From Blepharisma stoltei ATCC 30299 (Eukaryota; Protista; Ciliophora), in the NCBI GenBank assembly GCA_965603825.1, contig CBFDEM010000053.1, positions 434,001 to 498,000 of the forward strand: a stretch of 64,000 nucleotides of DNA, in the 5' to 3' direction. Each line of letters opens with the position of its first letter. The first letter of the stretch is position 1. The position numbers and the translations under genes were made by a program. Positions 24,946 through 37,700 of the stretch are shown here, in pieces. Under the pieces are notes generated by a model. The model saw only the letters and a program-made list of their open reading frames with translations, was not told the origin of the DNA and made no database searches.

Positions 24946-27237
24946 CTATTCGTGGACAATTTCGTGGCCTTCTTCATCTTCAGGTGGGAATAAATGCCTC
25001 TCCGGAGAATGCGTGACTTTTTTCGACCCTCCTCTGATAGGTTTTCGTATTCTGGAATTCCCAGGAGTATAGACATTGAGTGAATACCTTGGCGTTGCTA
25101 TGATTTCTTCTTTATCGTTTTGAAGATTTTTGATCTGTTGCTGAGCTTGTAGAAGTTTGGATTTCAAGTTATTGGACTGGTCCTCTAATATTTGACATCT
25201 TTCATTCAGCCTCTGTATTTTTCTTTCATTTATTTGTTTATCAACTTTAAGCATGGACTTTTGGCTGACAAGCTGCTGGTACATAAGAGTTAATTGATCA
25301 AGGTTCCTTTCTAAAGTGTCAGTTTTTTTCTTAAGTGATTTTTCACCTTGAGACATGTTGCTCTCTAGAGTTTTATAGCCAGCTCTTGATTCATCTAATT
25401 GGATTTCGAGATTGACTATTCTTTCAATTTTCGATTGGATTTCTCTAGCAATGGATTTTTTTTCTTGTTTTCAGCTTTCTCGCTCTCTCCTAAACAATTC
25501 TTCTTTGTGCTCACTTAATTTCCCACCATTTTGGTGGAGAAATTCATCAATTCGCCTTTGATATACAGTGATTTCTTCAGCAAGTCTTATATTTTTGCTT
25601 TTTTCCTCTTCAAGTTCATGCCTTAAGCTTGAAATTTCTCTTTCGCCGCTCATTTTAAGGCGGGTTTGCACTTGCTCGATTTCGATTTCTTTCTCCGCTA
25701 AATTTTTTTCAAGCTTCAATTTTTCGAAATTAGCAGCATTTAAATCAGCTAACAAGCTTTCATTTGTCACTTTTAAAGTATCGTAATTCTCATATTTTTT
25801 TTCTTTTTCTTTCAAAACTTCTTCAATTTCAGTTAGTTGCTGCAATAAATCAATAATTTGCTGTTGCGAGTTCCTGCTTTCATTTTGAAGCCTCACAAGC
25901 TCAGTTTGTGTAATTGCGAACTCATTTTTGAATTTCATATTGTTTTCAACTTCTTCTGATAGCCTGGCTCGGGTTTCCTCAAGTTCTGCTATAACTTCAT
26001 CATATGCTGATGATTTTGACTCAATTTCTTCTGTTTCATCGTTATCTTTTTTTTCATCTTCTTCAATTTCACTTTCAACAGGAATTGGTGCCCCTGTCTT
26101 TTTAAGGCTTCTTTCTAGCGCTTTGATCTTTTTGTCTTTTAAAGCAATTTCTTCTTTTGCTTTTGCCAGCATCAATTTAAGTTCCCCAACAGTATATTCT
26201 CGATTTATTTTCGGCTTGTTTTTAATCGCTTTTGCCCTGATGCCGAATCTTAGAGTGCTGATAGTTTCTTCTTCATTGTAAGGAGACGGTGAACAAGTAA
26301 TAATTAAAGCAGTTTTTGAGTTTCCTCCAAGTGAGTCTTGCAGCACTCTGGTGAGTTTAGAATCTCTATATGGGATATGGGATGATTTTCCATCTGTTAG
26401 AGCAGAAATAACTTGCCCAAGTGTCGTTAATGACTTATTGATCGTTTTAGCTTCTTCAAGTCTTTTGCCTTCAGCACCAGTTTTTCCAATCTTTTCACTT
26501 CCGGCCAAATCAACTAGATATAATTTTCCTGTTTTCGCTGACAAATCTTGGGAATTTGACTGTGAAACTGTTAATATAAAAATCGAGTGTGACCTAGAGG
26601 ACCCAGCATTCATATTTGTATACCCAACTTCTCTGTTTTGTGACCCAACTTTCATTAAATCTGACACTTCTAAAGGATCAGCTACATATCTTTCAGTTAA
26701 ATCTGCTATATAAATCCCTCTTGTCCTATCTTCATGTATTTTCAAATTACTCTTAGATGGGTCCAGTAAATCTTTGATTTTTTCCATATAAATTTCGCAG
26801 TAAGCTACCTTGATTTGGAACTCTAAATGCTCATCAGCACTGAGGATTTTATCAAAAACTGTGCTAACCATTCTAGGAATAATTCCCATTAATCCGGGAT
26901 TCGTAATATCGGGACCTGTCATTGTAAAAGTTTTCCCACTTGAGGTTTGGCCATACGCAAATACTGTCCCATTAAATCCTTGCATAACAGCTTCTACAAT
27001 AGGTTTAGCCGCGATTTCATAAACTGCACCTTGAGTAGATTCAGGATCGAAAACATGATCATAATTAAACTTAAGAGGTTCTGAGTTTTCTTGTTGAGAT
27101 TTTACTATAACAGTCTTATTGTCACTGCTGAAATCCACGCAAACACGCATTGAGATCTCTTTTTCTTTTTGGTTGAGGGGACGAAAACGACAAACAACCT
27201 TAATGTTACCCGAACCTACATCTTCAGACTCTTCCAT
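24946..27237 (-). CDS. Kinesin heavy chain (kinesin-1-like)
   Basis: NIKVVCRFRP, P-loop AYGQTSSGKT, SSRSH, LVDLAGSEK, HIPYRDSKLT; tail RIRKPIRGG (IAK-like). TGA at 25471 joins the two ORFs; stop is TAG. Confidence 0.93.
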
Positions 27238-27430
27238 TTTATAAGTTCGCTTTTAAATAGCTACTGAAGATGAAGAGAATCGTAGTTTCTTAAATCCAAG
27301 GAAGCTTAGGCAATTTTAGATACCTTAAGAATTTATTAAGCTTCTTCGGGACCTGAAATCCTCAAAATCTTAGCTTCTTTAGCTCTGCTTATCATTATTT
27401 TGAATTTAAACAATTAAAATGTCAAAATTG

Positions 27431-29080
27431 TTAACTAAAACTATAAGGAACATTCAAATCAAACTGCGGCGAGCTCATAAGGTACTTGACAGTTTCATCT
27501 TTAAATGTAAATAATAAGCTGAACTCATGAGGCGTAATCGCTAATATCGAAGTTTGTGCAGAAGCTGACACAACAGAATATCTTGCAGGAGTCCTATCTC
27601 CTGCAAGTACTCTTTGTCCAAAAAAGCTTCCTCTTGGAAGCTGAAACTCTTTCATGCTCATTTTATACCAAATTTTATTTCTTGACTGGCTGTACTGAGC
27701 AATCTTGGCAGGATACGTAATTTTTACACGTCCTTGATATACTATAAACATCCCTCTTGGTACAGTATTAGCTGGAAGAACTACTTGGTCTAACCCATAT
27801 GACTCTTTATTTAAAGTATTAGCTAGCAGTGCTAAGTCAATAGGCGGGATGTGCTCGAATGGGCCTAAGGAGCATAAGAAGTTTAAAATTTTGCTTTCAA
27901 TATCAATGTTAGCTCGCACTGCTTGCATGTAATCATCTGCAGTGATTTTAATTAAATGGCATGTTTCCCCTGCAAGACATGATGCAGTTCTTTTATCATT
28001 AGCAGTATTTATATTGCCTCGCACAATTGCGTACTCTCCTATCACCTCTCCATCATATCTGGAATTAACAATAAAAGGCAGCTCCCCATTTCTATTTGGC
28101 TCCTGCTGAACTGCAATCGATCCTCTGAGTACTACATATAAGCATCTTCCTACATCTCCTTCTCGAAAAATCATCTGTCCTTTATTATAAAATTCATATT
28201 TCCCAACTCTCAACATTTGTTTTACAATATCCGCTTTATATTGAATAAAAAATTTTAAATGCTTAGTTAAAGCGTACATGGTTTCAATATCTCTTTCATT
28301 TCCAGGCTTTTCTAGCTCTTTAACGAGGAATTCTACGCACTGCAGACTTAAGCAGTATGTGTCTGGGATTGGAGAATATATCTGAGTGTAATTGGGAGAG
28401 GAGCACAATGTTTTCTGCCTCATTAGTTCAGCTTTTTTGTGAGATGAATTAGTTTGCTTATTTTTGTAAAGCAATCCAGCAGAAAGGAGCACCTCTGAAG
28501 TGCTTCTTCTATGGTCAAGTGATTCGAGGAACTTGTAGGTCTCCATTAAATTTGGCTCATGAGTTTGATGGATGCTTTGAATTTCTCCAAAATTGTGAAC
28601 TGACTGGGAAGGATTATGAGAAGAGTCGTTTTGAAAAGTTTCATTATGATGAGTTGTTGTAAGTCTTACTAGAGGTTTTCCTTTGAAAGACTGGCTTGTC
28701 GGAATTTCTGTTTTAAGATAAGTATTTGTGCTTGTATCGTAATGAGTTGACAAACGTGATGACTGGTTCATCAGTTTAGCCAGCTTCAATTGTGGGTGAA
28801 TTTTAGATGATTTAGAAGACAAAACAGTGGGAAAGGTCGAGCTCGGGGTTATTTCGTTTTCTTTTGGACTTTCTTGGTCAAGTTCTATCACTTTTGAACT
28901 GCTTTTCATATGGCTTGTGCTCATGATGTGTTCTCTAAATATATCAGTATCAGGCTTATGTTTTGGAGAGCCCAAAAACGTAGATAGTGGGGTTCTCGTG
29001 CTTAGAGGGTACTCTCTCCCTTCTATTCGTTTTAATCTGTTTCTAGAATTTATGCTGGCGACACTAAAAGAATTTTTCAT
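27431..29080 (-). CDS. Cyclic nucleotide-binding domain protein (two CNB domains)
   Basis: IFREGDVGRCLYVVLRGSI...GEYA...RTASC, and a second domain GMFIVYQGRV...GSFFGQ. Confidence 0.85.
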   Translation of the reverse strand: MKNSFSVASINSRNRLKRIEGREYPLSTRTPLSTFLGSPKHKPDTDIFREHIMSTSHMKSSSKVIELDQESPKENEITPSSTFPTVLSSKSSKIHPQLKLAKLMNQSSRLSTHYDTSTNTYLKTEIPTSQSFKGKPLVRLTTTHHNETFQNDSSHNPSQSVHNFGEIQSIHQTHEPNLMETYKFLESLDHRRSTSEVLLSAGLLYKNKQTNSSHKKAELMRQKTLCSSPNYTQIYSPIPDTYCLSLQCVEFLVKELEKPGNERDIETMYALTKHLKFFIQYKADIVKQMLRVGKYEFYNKGQMIFREGDVGRCLYVVLRGSIAVQQEPNRNGELPFIVNSRYDGEVIGEYAIVRGNINTANDKRTASCLAGETCHLIKITADDYMQAVRANIDIESKILNFLCSLGPFEHIPPIDLALLANTLNKESYGLDQVVLPANTVPRGMFIVYQGRVKITYPAKIAQYSQSRNKIWYKMSMKEFQLPRGSFFGQRVLAGDRTPARYSVVSASAQTSILAITPHEFSLLFTFKDETVKYLMSSPQFDLNVPYSFS

Positions 29081-29092
29081 TTTATTAATAAT

Positions 29093-31693
29093 TTATTTTA
29101 CCCTCCTGCTCCTGCTATTAACTCTTACAATTTCATCCCAGTCCTCAGTAATTTCCACAGTTCTTCCAGTGTATCTGTCAAAGCTAGGCGCTTTCTTTTC
29201 AGGCTCAATTGCACTTCTTGCTCTTTCCAGATTCATTTCTGCTTCTGGGTGTGTAGCAATTTCTGGAAGAAGTCGAGGCTCTTCATAGCTTTCTCTCCCT
29301 GTGATTTTATCAAAACCTAATACGCCTAATGTTCTAGGTTTTGTAGGATCTTGAATAGTGATGGGTGGAGGAACATAAACTTCCTCTTCGTTATGGGTTA
29401 TTTCTTCTCTGCCAGTCTGCTTTTCCATATTTACGAGCATAGCTCTTCTTGGCCTTATGGCATCTTCGTTTATTTCTACTGGGGGAACAGTAGCAATCAT
29501 TTCTTCTTCAAAGGCTTCTTCTTGCTGTCTTCCTACTTGTTTGTCGATATTTACCAGCATAGGGACTTTTCTTCGAATTATGTCATCTTTTACATTTAAA
29601 TCTAATTTTTCCTCCTCTAATTCATTTTCTTTTATAACCCTTCCTTGATCTTTTGCCATATTCACAAACATTGGAATCTTCTTTTTAATATAATCTTTAT
29701 TAGGGTTGATCAACAATTCAGTTTTTTCTTCATACTCATCAATTTTCTCATCTCTTCCTTGAGCTTTATCCATATTCACAAGCATAGGAACTTTATGTTT
29801 TACTATAGGATCAATTAATAAAATATCGCCTTCTTTCGGCTCATCAATGTCAATTTGTGCAGGCTCTCGGGGCTCAGCTTTTCCGAAATCATAAGCAGGG
29901 GCTCTTTCTTGAATAGGCTCATAGTCATACGTGCCTGGAGCTGGATTCGGCAAAATTCCTTTGAGTTTTTGATTAATCCTCATCATGATTTCTCTCTCTT
30001 TTTCTTTCATTTTGAAATCCTCATAGGCAATTCCATTAGAAAAATCAGCTTCTTGAGGTTTATCGAATTTATTATCATCAGAAAAATCATAGAATTTCCA
30101 ACGCTCAGGGAATAAAAGCTTATTTGAAGGATGAGGAGGCTCAATAACTGTAGGCTCATGATACTGAAATGTAGGATGAGAAGGATGCAGCAATGTATCG
30201 TCAGGGTATAAAGGAATCCTCAAATCACTTTCAGGAGGCTTATTTTGGGAATTATCTGGGTGGAATGTTAGAACTCCCTTGTCAGCTCTTTGCTCGATTA
30301 AAGTGAACTGTGGGTCATATTTCCCTGGGCCAAGCTTTAAAACTGCATCTGGAGGAAGTGGAGGCTTCTTATGCTCAGGATTAATTGTTGGCTCAGGAAT
30401 TCTTTTTTCGACTAAATCATACTGCACATTCAATGCTTTTCTTCTGTCTTCCTCTGGAGATTTTTCACGTTTTGCTATTGGAATATAGCCACCAATAGGT
30501 TCAACTTGGTCTTGGATCGTATAAGTTGTGGGTCCTGGAGTTTTTGCTGGAGGCCTTGGTATTGTTTCAATTTGATGATACTCAACTGCTCCTTTTATAT
30601 CTGGCTCAATTGCATCATATGAAACTGAGTATCGTCCTGGGCCTACTTTTGTGTTTTCTGGTCTATGTGGAGCTGTGCTTTCTGGTGCAATTATTCCTCC
30701 ATGAACTTCATGAGGCTTATCAGGGTTCGCAAGCTTTCATAAAATTGCTGCCTTCTCTTCTCTTAAATCTTCTAGCTCATCTTTGAGTTTGAGCTTTTCA
30801 TTTCTTTCTGTATCTTGAGCAATTTTGAAGCCTGGAATCGATTTTTTTACAGCATTATAGTTTGGGTCAATGGGTAGCTCAGTTTCATTGATAACTTCTT
30901 TAGGCTTTTTAGGAGATTTTCCAAAGCTGGAGCCAAGGTGATTTCGTTCGATATAGCTATAATTCACTTGGTATGCGCCAGGGCCTACAAATGATTTTTG
31001 AGAGTTTACGCTGGTTGCTTCAGTTGATAATGAATGGGAGTGCGAAGGCTTTTTGAAGTTAACTTCAACAAAATCAGGGTTAGTGTCTCTTCAGTCCTCA
31101 ATTTTTTCTTCTCATTCAGCCTTCATTTTCATGAAATCGTCGAATTCAGTAGCCATAGTTGATATGCTCGTGCTGAGAAGAGAATTTTCTTCGTTGCTTT
31201 TATTATAGGCAAGCCTAGTGGCACTTTTCAATTGTTCATTATAATTAATTGCCTTTGCTTTTTTAGGCACAGGCGAACTTGGAAGTAAATCAGAATTATC
31301 TTTATTGCTAGTAGCCTGATTTTCATTTTGTTTTCTTTCAGTTTTTGTATTTAATTTTAAAGGACTTTTCTTATCTTTTATAGTCACAGAAGGTGCTTTT
31401 TTCAAAATATAATCATAGTTTGGGTTTAGCATGACTACAGGAGACTGATCATTTCTTTCAATTACTTTGGAAGCTTTCCCTATAACTCCTCCAGTCACTC
31501 TTTTTCCTGGCCTCGCTGCATCAAGCATCACATCATAATCATTCTTTTTATTTTCAAAAATCGTTCTTTTGCTCGTTCCAAAAGTTGTGACTCCTTGCTC
31601 TTTTTTAATTTCAACGTTCTTTTTCGGTAGAAATTCTTTATTCATTTCTATTTCTTTATCAGCTTCTTCTATTGCTTTTAACAAAGCCTCCAT
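29093..31693 (-). CDS. SHIPPO/sperm-tail PG-rich-repeat-like axonemal protein (866 aa)
   Basis: Three ORFs in one frame joined through TGA codons. PG motifs GPGAY, GPGRY, PGPTTY, GPGKY, APGTY; C-terminal repeats PMLVNMxKxxGR. Confidence 0.72.
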
Positions 31694-31706
31694 TTAAAAA
31701 TTTATA

Positions 31707-33527
31707 TTACCTTATATTAAACCCTCTTATTCTTAGGCTTTCTTTCAGCTCAAGACTTGGAAAACGATCAGTTGCCCTTGGAGAAAAGCTTGACAGGCTT
31801 GATGATTTTAATTTAAACTGCTCATTATCATAAAATTTTTCCCTGTTTGTATTTTGTAAAATTGCATGCATCACTAAACTTTCTGCTTCACCTGGCAAAT
31901 ATTCAGATAACTCATCTTGCTTTGGAGATCTGAAATGTGGTCGAAGTGTGGCTGTTGGAGATTGAAAAGAAGATTGAATGGCTCTTTTATGAATAATTAT
32001 TTTTTCAATTTTGTCAAGTCTTTCGCTCATTACTTGGCTATCGCCATTACTAAATGATATATCAGGTGAAAAGGGATCTTTTATTGAACTTCGCTTTAAG
32101 TTGGATTCTCTTTCTGTTTTCAAGATATTTAATTCTTCTCCACTATCATCATTTATATGGAACTGTTTAAGAGTTTTTGACAATTCTTCCCTCAGCTCAT
32201 CTATTTGTGCTTTTCCTGCCTCGAGTACTTGAAGACGAGTTTCTAAGTTCGTTTCTGTTGATTTTAACGAGGAAATAAACTGCTCAAAGTCATTGAATTT
32301 GTTGGAGATTTTCTCATCTGAAATAGTGAATCTTTTTTCAAAATTTTCAGCTAAAATGCTAATTTCGTGTCTATTTGACTCGAAATCGATTATTTTGGAC
32401 TCGATATTGCCAAGTCTTGAAAATAGTTCTTTTTGAAGCTTTTGGAAATAAACACTTGTCTTATTGATTTCGCTATTATGGGCAGTTAGTGAATCTTGTA
32501 GAGATTTCAATTTTACATTGAACTCTTCTTGCACTAAATTTATCTTTGAAAACTGCTTAATAGTTTTATCACATTTTTTATCAGTTTTACTAATTTTTTC
32601 AGCTAATTCATTTATAGAAGAGCACTCTACAGTAAGATTCTGAAGTTGATCTTTTGTTGACTTAAATAATTCCCTTATATCTTTCAGCTCATTCTTTGAT
32701 ATTAAGTTCAATCTAAAGGCATTCAATTGATTTTTCACATCGATATCAACCTTATCCACTTTTGCATCCATATCTTTCAAATTTTCTCTGAAATTTTCTA
32801 CTTCAACTCCTAATTCTTCTAGCAACTTGCATTTATTTTTTTCTTTTTTCTCAATATCATTCCACTTCATTTCACAGTCCTTCATCACATCACTTTTAAA
32901 CTTTTCAAATTCATCACAGCCTTTCATTTTATCACAAATAGATATATCGCTTATTTTATCAAAATCAATAACTTTTTCTTCCTGCTTTGTCAACCTGATC
33001 TCGTGATCTTCAATTCTTTTAAGTGCTTCTTTGAGTCGGTCATTCATTTTTTTCTCAAAACCTTCCAAATTTTGATTAAATTTTTCCAAAATATCTGAAT
33101 TTTCACATGCAGCTTGTGTAAATTGGCCTCCAAATGTTAAATCTTTCAAATAGTTTTTTTTGTCAAAAGGATTTGGGGTTTCATTGACACTGCTTTCTGA
33201 GTAATATAAATTATCTTCTTCGCTGTTGTCATGATTGGTTTTTTCTTGAGATTCCCTAATGTTTTCTTCGATGATCTCGTCACTCAGATGCTCTCTGCTT
33301 GGTAGATAACTAAGTCCAGGCTGATAAGATGAGAATTCTGGAGTCCTTATCTCTTCAGTTTTCTCTTTAGGAACTTGCAAATTTATTTTTCTTTGACTCT
33401 CATCATTTACAGACTGCGCTCTTTGTGATATATTTTTGGATAGAATTTCTTTTAGCTCATTCAGAGGCTTGCTCCTATTAACCCTGCAAATTTCCTAATT
33501 GAAAAATACTTCATATAACTTTTCCAT
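31707..33527 (-). CDS. Hypothetical coiled-coil protein
   Basis: ATG 33527 (MEKLYE), 15-nt intron 33495-33509, then open into the 557-aa track ORF. Confidence 0.75.
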
Positions 33528-33562
33528 TAAATATTATTTAAAATATCGCTATTTTTAACTAA

Positions 33563-34699
33563 TTATGACTTTGTCTCAATTTCTTTTGATGTATAGACAC
33601 TCCATTCTCCTCCGTTATACATATAATTGTCCATAGGATAGTCCAGCGGCAGATTTTTGAACGCAACAAAACATTCATAAGGGTTTAGCATTGGCTTTGT
33701 GAATTCAGCACCCCAGTCGATTGCAAGCCTCGGACATGCTATTTCAACCCATGCGTCCACTTCTGGGTATTTGTTAATAGAGCTCTGGCTAACATCTGAC
33801 ATCAAAAACACTGTGTATTTCCTCCCAATCCCCTGCAGCAGTTTTTCCAGCTGGCTTAAAATATGAATGCTCCCTTGTCTTCCCAGTGTCCCTAAAACTA
33901 ACCCAATATGTTTCGCATTCCTTGTAGCTTCAATAGAAGCATTCCTTCTCACCTTCATTTCATTAAGATCGTAATACTCTGCATATATCTTGTTCTGATA
34001 AGGATCGTATCTAAAGAACCTTGAGCCTGGGTTTTGGATCATCGCAGCTTCCAAATGAAATCTCCCATCACTTACTGATATAATAATTTGCTCAGGAATT
34101 GCAGGAGATGTACATCCAAGAAGCTCCCCTGTTGTCCTTGGTTTGGCCTGAGGAATAATAAAATTTGTATAGCCTCTTTCATCGAGCATTTTTTTAGCGA
34201 TTGTGACACTTTCCACAAATTGTACGGTGGAGACCAGAGCAATTTTTTCATTTGGGTCAGGGAAATTGTGTATTAAAGTATTGACTAATGTGTCAATGTT
34301 TATTGCAATGTCAACAAAAACATATAAAGTTTTCATGCAAGTTTCATTGATTGGGATTAAGCACGAATGCCCATAGTGAACGAGCAAGTCTAAATGCAGC
34401 TCATTAGCTGTGAGATCTTCAATGCAGCATGCGCCATAGACTACGTCAGCTAGAATAATCACATCTTCTAAGCCGCCTATGGCTAATAAAATATCTGAAA
34501 GAAGGCAGCCGTACATTTGCAAACCTTCAGGAAATTGGAGTCCGACTCTCTTGGCATTTAGTTCCCTGATCCTCCACAGAGTTTTGTGTATTTCAAAGTT
34601 ATAGTTTTTGGGGACCAATTCCATCCATCTAGCCAGCTCTGGGTTGTTTAAAATATCTTCAGGAATTTGATTTGGTCTGACACCTTTAATCCTTTTCAT
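33563..34699 (-). CDS. DPH1: Diphthamide biosynthesis protein 1
   Basis: NYNFEIHKT, LQFPEGL, YGACCIED, HYGHSCL, GELLGCTSP, DGRFHLE, LGTLGRQG, ACPRLAIDWG. Start taken at MKRIKG. Confidence 0.95.
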   Translation of the reverse strand: MKRIKGVRPNQIPEDILNNPELARWMELVPKNYNFEIHKTLWRIRELNAKRVGLQFPEGLQMYGCLLSDILLAIGGLEDVIILADVVYGACCIEDLTANELHLDLLVHYGHSCLIPINETCMKTLYVFVDIAINIDTLVNTLIHNFPDPNEKIALVSTVQFVESVTIAKKMLDERGYTNFIIPQAKPRTTGELLGCTSPAIPEQIIISVSDGRFHLEAAMIQNPGSRFFRYDPYQNKIYAEYYDLNEMKVRRNASIEATRNAKHIGLVLGTLGRQGSIHILSQLEKLLQGIGRKYTVFLMSDVSQSSINKYPEVDAWVEIACPRLAIDWGAEFTKPMLNPYECFVAFKNLPLDYPMDNYMYNGGEWSVYTSKEIETKS

Positions 34700-34775
34700 T
34701 TTAATATTAAAGTTAATGCACAATCGCATAAATGGAAGGGCCATGATTTTACCATTTCTAACTATTTTATCCTAC

Positions 34776-37700
34776 TTAGCTATCAGCTATTTTAGCCAAG
34801 GTCTCTAGAAGCTCCTGTTGTGCCTTAGTCATCTTGACTGAAATTTCCTCAGTTTTTACTCTAAGTTTATCTGCTACATCTCGAGCTCCACTATGGACTT
34901 CTTTGTTGGTTTCAACACTTCTCTGTTCAATAATGCTGATTTCATTTCCAATCATCGCTACCTTTTTCGTGAGCTCTTCAAGTTTTTCTTCCCAGAATGC
35001 TTGCAGGTCAGTTTCTTCTTCGTCTCCATCAACTTCATTGACAGTGCAAAGCTGGAAATATTCTTTTCTGCCTTTGTCTCTTCTTCAAACTAGAACTGAT
35101 TCTAGCTCAAGTATAAATAGAGCCATTTCTCTCATATCAGCAACATGAGCACTTTCTTGGACTCTGGCATAGGTGTCACCCATAAGCGCAATTAACATAT
35201 TCATCATAATAAGTGGGTCGAGCATCACGGCAATCACAAAAACTACCCATTCAAAGAAATGGTAGTTATCAGTGTCAAACTCTCCGTAGTTCATTAAATA
35301 TGAGTCCCTCCAGGAGTCCCCGAACGTTTTGGCATTTCCAGAAAGCTCACTTAGAACGCAGAAAACTAATGCAAAAGTCAAGATGGAGTACATTAAAACA
35401 ATTAAGAAAGGAATCATATCGTGGATGATTTCTTGGATCATCCTTATCAAGTAGCGAGTGTCTTTAAAAACTCTAAAATAAGCAATTGCGCGGATCCAAG
35501 TCACAAATGTAATCAGCCCTAAGAACACATGCTTGTTATCCGATTCATAGCCTAAAGAGAGGACCAAGTAATATGAAAAAATTCCGAAAATCCTCAAAAG
35601 ATCCAAAATATTCCAAAGATCCGTAAAATAATCTTTTGTTAAGGCAATCATTTGCAATATTTCATAGACTAAGAAAATAACACTCAAGACCAGCAGCCCG
35701 TGCAGAGCTCTGATATCATCTTGCAAAGATGTGGTATAAAGACTGAGAGCGATCATGAATAGCAAGTACAAAGCAACTTGAATAAATAGCAGACTCTGGA
35801 CTTTTGACCATTTATAGAACAAAATTTCTTTGATCAGAGGTGTTTTAAGAATATCAGATTCAGTGCAGTTGATGATGGACATAAGGAAGTCACAGCTTTC
35901 TTTTGATCCTAATGTAAAGTTGATTCTGAACTTTGAAGTTCGGAAATTAAGAAGCTGGTCATCCCCAGATCTCATTTCAGCTCTGCTTTCTGGAGTTACA
36001 AAGTCTAATAAATTCAATTCTGGGTTAACAGATGTTTTAGAACTCGTAGGGACAACTAGTGGAATTGCAAATTTCAGCAGCTTTTGATTCGGCTCCACAA
36101 ACGCGTTTTGGTAAAAATAAGGAAGCAGCTCAGTTGAGAACCTATTCATCCTCAAAATGTCAGTCTCCAGCCTGGTTATAGCATTAGGATCTTCAAGTAG
36201 CACCACATCTCTTGTGATTTGGCTTATACAGTCTTTATTCTTTGTGTCCAGTGCAAGAGTCATTGGGCTGCTACCAGTTGATGTCCTTATGAAGCTGCAT
36301 TGATTTTTCATTGCGACTGCAAGCTGGTCAAGATCATTCTTATAAGTGAAAACATGCAATAAGTTAATGCATTGAGGCATTATAATACACTGATTCATTA
36401 TTTCTGGATAAACAATTTCAAGCTTTGATGAACTGAAAATCGTGCTTAGAATTTCCCAAAAGGTTATTGAATAAGTCAAAGGCCCCAGAAGGGTCGGATC
36501 TGCAGATTCATGTGACGGATTGATCACTTCGAATATCTCGCAGTTTTCTGAAACTGCAATAAAGCTGGCATTATCTGCAGTTATTGTGAATGTAGAAAGG
36601 CCAGGCAGAGAAAGAGTGCCAAGGTAGACAAGATCAATAAGCGACCAAATTTGGATGCCGTTATCCGAGCACGTATATAAATATTTATCGTCTTTTGAGA
36701 CTATTGACGGGCTTTTTATATCGCTTGGAGTTACATTACTCGGAAATCCAATTATAGCCTCACAAGTGAAGTCGCAGAAATTTCAAATTTTTATGAGGTT
36801 GTCTGATCCGATAGAAATGAATTGAGAAGCTGTATTCTTCACAACAATAGAGATAATTTCATCGTGTGGCTTCATAATGAGCTTCAATGGGATGTCACTT
36901 AAATCGTTTACTTTCCAAATCTGGAGATCATTATCAGCATTTATCACAATGTACTCCGCATCAGCACTGAAAACAGCTCCGTTGATTGAATCGCACCCAA
37001 TATGCATGGTTTTCACACATGTGTTATTTCCCATGCTCCACAAGCTCACGACCCTATTTCCACTTGCAGTCAAAAATAGATCAGCAGCGCAAGTTATGCA
37101 TTTAATTTCTCCATGGGTAGTGAGGACGAGATCTGCTCTTGACTTATCGAGAGTTTTTATACGGAGTGTGCTATCTTGCTGGGCACATATGAGCAAACTA
37201 CAATCACTAGAAAAATTTGCAGAGTAGACAGCTTTGTCATAGGTTTGGTATTCATTATCCTTTGTTTCTAAATTAATTATCAATAAATTTCTGTCATCAA
37301 AAGTGGCAGCAATTTGCTTTCTGTCTGGAGAAACTGAAATGTTTGTAGCAATTCTTTGTGACTCATGAATCTGTGTGATTTTGTAATCTTCATGGAGATT
37401 ATATGATAAAAGTTTTCCAGATGTAGTGGCTAATATAAAATGAGTATTTTTCTTTGAAATGCACATTGAGACTACTACTTCGTTTTTCATTGAAAATTTT
37501 AAGACTTCTTCTTTGGTGTCTAAAGAAAACACTCTAATTGCAGTGTCATAAATAAATAGGTATTTGGAGTCGTTAGTAACAGTAGCTAGTTTTATTGGCT
37601 TGAGCTTATTTGAGACTTTACCAACCATGTAGTCTTTTGTTTTTAGATATTTCCAGATAACTGCCATCCCACTGTCTCCGGCAGAAATAATGAAATTGTC

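Noticed and set aside
25568-27022. Several Ser/Phe/Leu-rich plus-strand ORFs
   Set aside because: Antisense to kinesin; the composition is the mirror of Glu/Lys codons. The same applies to similar shadow ORFs across the window.
27265-27360. Possible C/D box snoRNA (ATGAAGA...CTGA) upstream of kinesin
   Set aside because: Imperfect C box, no clear terminal stem and no recognisable rRNA or snRNA complement.
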